From Candidatus Parcubacteria bacterium (GTDB lineage Bacteria; Patescibacteriota; Minisyncoccia; Phycocordibacterales; CAYZPE01), in the NCBI GenBank assembly GCA_046050145.1, contig JBJOQC010000006.1, forward strand, positions 1 through 32,825: 32,825 bases of DNA, in the 5' to 3' direction. Of this stretch, positions 31,771 to 32,825 are shown piece by piece (within the stretch, counting starts at the first letter, position 1; every line of letters begins with the position of its first letter). The position numbers were made by a program, and so were the translations under genes. The notes beneath the pieces were generated by a model. The model had not been told where the DNA came from. It worked only from the letters and a program-made list of their open reading frames with translations, and did not search any database.

Positions 31771-32133
31771 ATGATTCGTCTTTATTTTTTACTTACACTA
31801 GGTCTTGTTCCCTCACTTGTTTTTGCCGCTACCACGCCCTCAACTTTTGATGAATTAGTATATTTTATTATTGGATATGTACAGTTGTTGGTCCCTATAG
31901 TTCTACTTCTTTCTGTTACAGTATTTATATTCGGTTTAGTAAAATTTATCGCTCGAGTGGGAGGTAGTGAGACAGAAATAGCAAATGGAAAAAATCTCAT
32001 GATTTATGGGATTTTAGGTTTGTTTGTTATGACAACACTTTGGGCTATTGTCGGTTTTATTGCTGGAGAGTTTAATATTGGAAGTCTTTTTATCCCTCAA
32101 TTGCCAGAAGATCAATTTCAAGGAACTGATTAA
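31771..32133 (+). CDS. T4SS_pilin-like small membrane protein, paralog 3
   Basis: MIRLYFLLTLGLVPSLVFA signal peptide, then FIFGLVKFIARVGGSETEIANGKNLMIYGILGLFVM. The ATG at 31771 lies 2 nt after the previous stop; the track start at 31717 overlaps paralog 2. Confidence 0.6.
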   Translation: MIRLYFLLTLGLVPSLVFAATTPSTFDELVYFIIGYVQLLVPIVLLLSVTVFIFGLVKFIARVGGSETEIANGKNLMIYGILGLFVMTTLWAIVGFIAGEFNIGSLFIPQLPEDQFQGTD

Positions 32134-32142
32134 TAAAAATAT

Positions 32143-32475
32143 ATGAAATCATATTTATTATTTTTAATTTCTACTATACCCAGTGTTGTTTCTGCCCAAG
32201 GTTTACGTGAACTTATTATTGATTTTGGGGATATTATAGATATTCTTTTTCTTCTTGGTCCTGCTGTTGCTTTCATGGTTTTCTTCTGGGGTCTTGCTCA
32301 GTTTATTGCAAAATCAGGAGATGTGAGCTCTCATGAAAGTGGGCTCAGACTTATGAAATGGGGCATAATTGCACTCTTTGTAATTCTTTCAATCATGGGT
32401 ATTATTAGTTTTATACGAGGAGAGCTTGATCTTGAAAAAGATAGAGACTTATTACCAATGCTTCAAAGTCAATAA
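32143..32475 (+). CDS. T4SS_pilin-like small membrane protein, paralog 4
   Basis: Signal peptide (LISTIPSVVSA), then FFWGLAQFIAKSGDVSSHESGLRLMKWGIIALFVIL. Confidence 0.6.
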   Translation: MKSYLLFLISTIPSVVSAQGLRELIIDFGDIIDILFLLGPAVAFMVFFWGLAQFIAKSGDVSSHESGLRLMKWGIIALFVILSIMGIISFIRGELDLEKDRDLLPMLQSQ

Positions 32476-32478
32476 AAT

Positions 32479-32825
32479 ATGAAAAATAATATTATAGTAC
32501 TATGTGTTGGGTTATTGGCTGTTCCGTTTATCACAAACGCAGCTTTTTTTGGAAGTATTAAGACAATGTTGGGTGAAATTTCTGGTATTGTAAGAACTCT
32601 TTCATTACTTGCCGCTGCTTCTGCTCTTCTTTTTTTCTTCTGGGGTCTTGCTCAGTTTATTGCAAAATCAGGAGATCCAAGTTCACATGAAGAAGGTAAA
32701 AATAAAATGGTTTGGGGTGTCATAGCACTTTTCGTTCTACTTGGTGTTAATGGTATCCTTGCTTTTATTGATTCAGAACTTGGAGGTGGGTTTATTAATA
32801 CTTCAGCTCCAGCCCCGGTAAACCA
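32479..32825 (+). CDS. T4SS_pilin-like small membrane protein, paralog 5 (3' end beyond the window)
   Basis: ATG 32479; MKNNIIVLCVGLLAVPFITNA signal peptide; FFFWGLAQFIAKSGDPSSHEEGKNKMVWGVIALFVLL. The ORF is open to the window end and is not in the ORF track. Confidence 0.6.
   Translation, partial: MKNNIIVLCVGLLAVPFITNAAFFGSIKTMLGEISGIVRTLSLLAAASALLFFFWGLAQFIAKSGDPSSHEEGKNKMVWGVIALFVLLGVNGILAFIDSELGGGFINTSAPAPVN

Overview
This is an AT-rich, tightly packed bacterial chromosome segment using the standard genetic code. Shine-Dalgarno sequences are almost absent, and promoters appear to be of the extended -10 TGnTATAAT type. Housekeeping content: valS (5' part), tsaD, tRNA-Val, tRNA-Glu, sppA, trxB, ftsZ-ftsA, ybeY, rpsU, a hisS-like gene, lepB, pth, a 4-domain rpsA and gyrA. 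There is also a tandem array of five small TrbC/VirB2-type pilin-like membrane proteins. This gene set is what I would expect from a small-genome Patescibacteria/CPR-like organism (inference only). The stand-out region is a ~9 kb accessory block directly 3' of tRNA-Glu (about 4646-13787). It contains five parts. (i) About 300 nt of repeat-rich, partly GC-rich non-coding DNA with tRNA-Glu 3'-end-like fragments. (ii) An orphan HExxH protein bracketed by strong hairpins. (iii) A translationally coupled (ATGA overlap) gene pair: a PLD(HKD)-nuclease::SNF2-ATPase fusion (1095 aa) and a nuclease-less gamma-class N6-adenine methyltransferase with a TaqI_C-like specificity domain (1034 aa). I read this pair as a split Type ISP-like or reduced DISARM-like restriction-modification candidate, and I cannot assign it to a named system. 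(iv) A DUF2188 gene. (v) An HTH-Panacea(DUF4065) antitoxin and RelE-like toxin pair, followed 3 nt later by a Cas4-like PD-(D/E)XK nuclease with four cysteines. No integrase, transposase, CRISPR array or rRNA is present. Other unexplained structures are a 33-bp perfect palindrome plus a third half-site upstream of valS, a 121-nt nested inverted repeat after gyrA, and a 42-nt identical block shared by two otherwise diverged pilin paralogs. All family assignments come from motif reading by eye; no database search was run.
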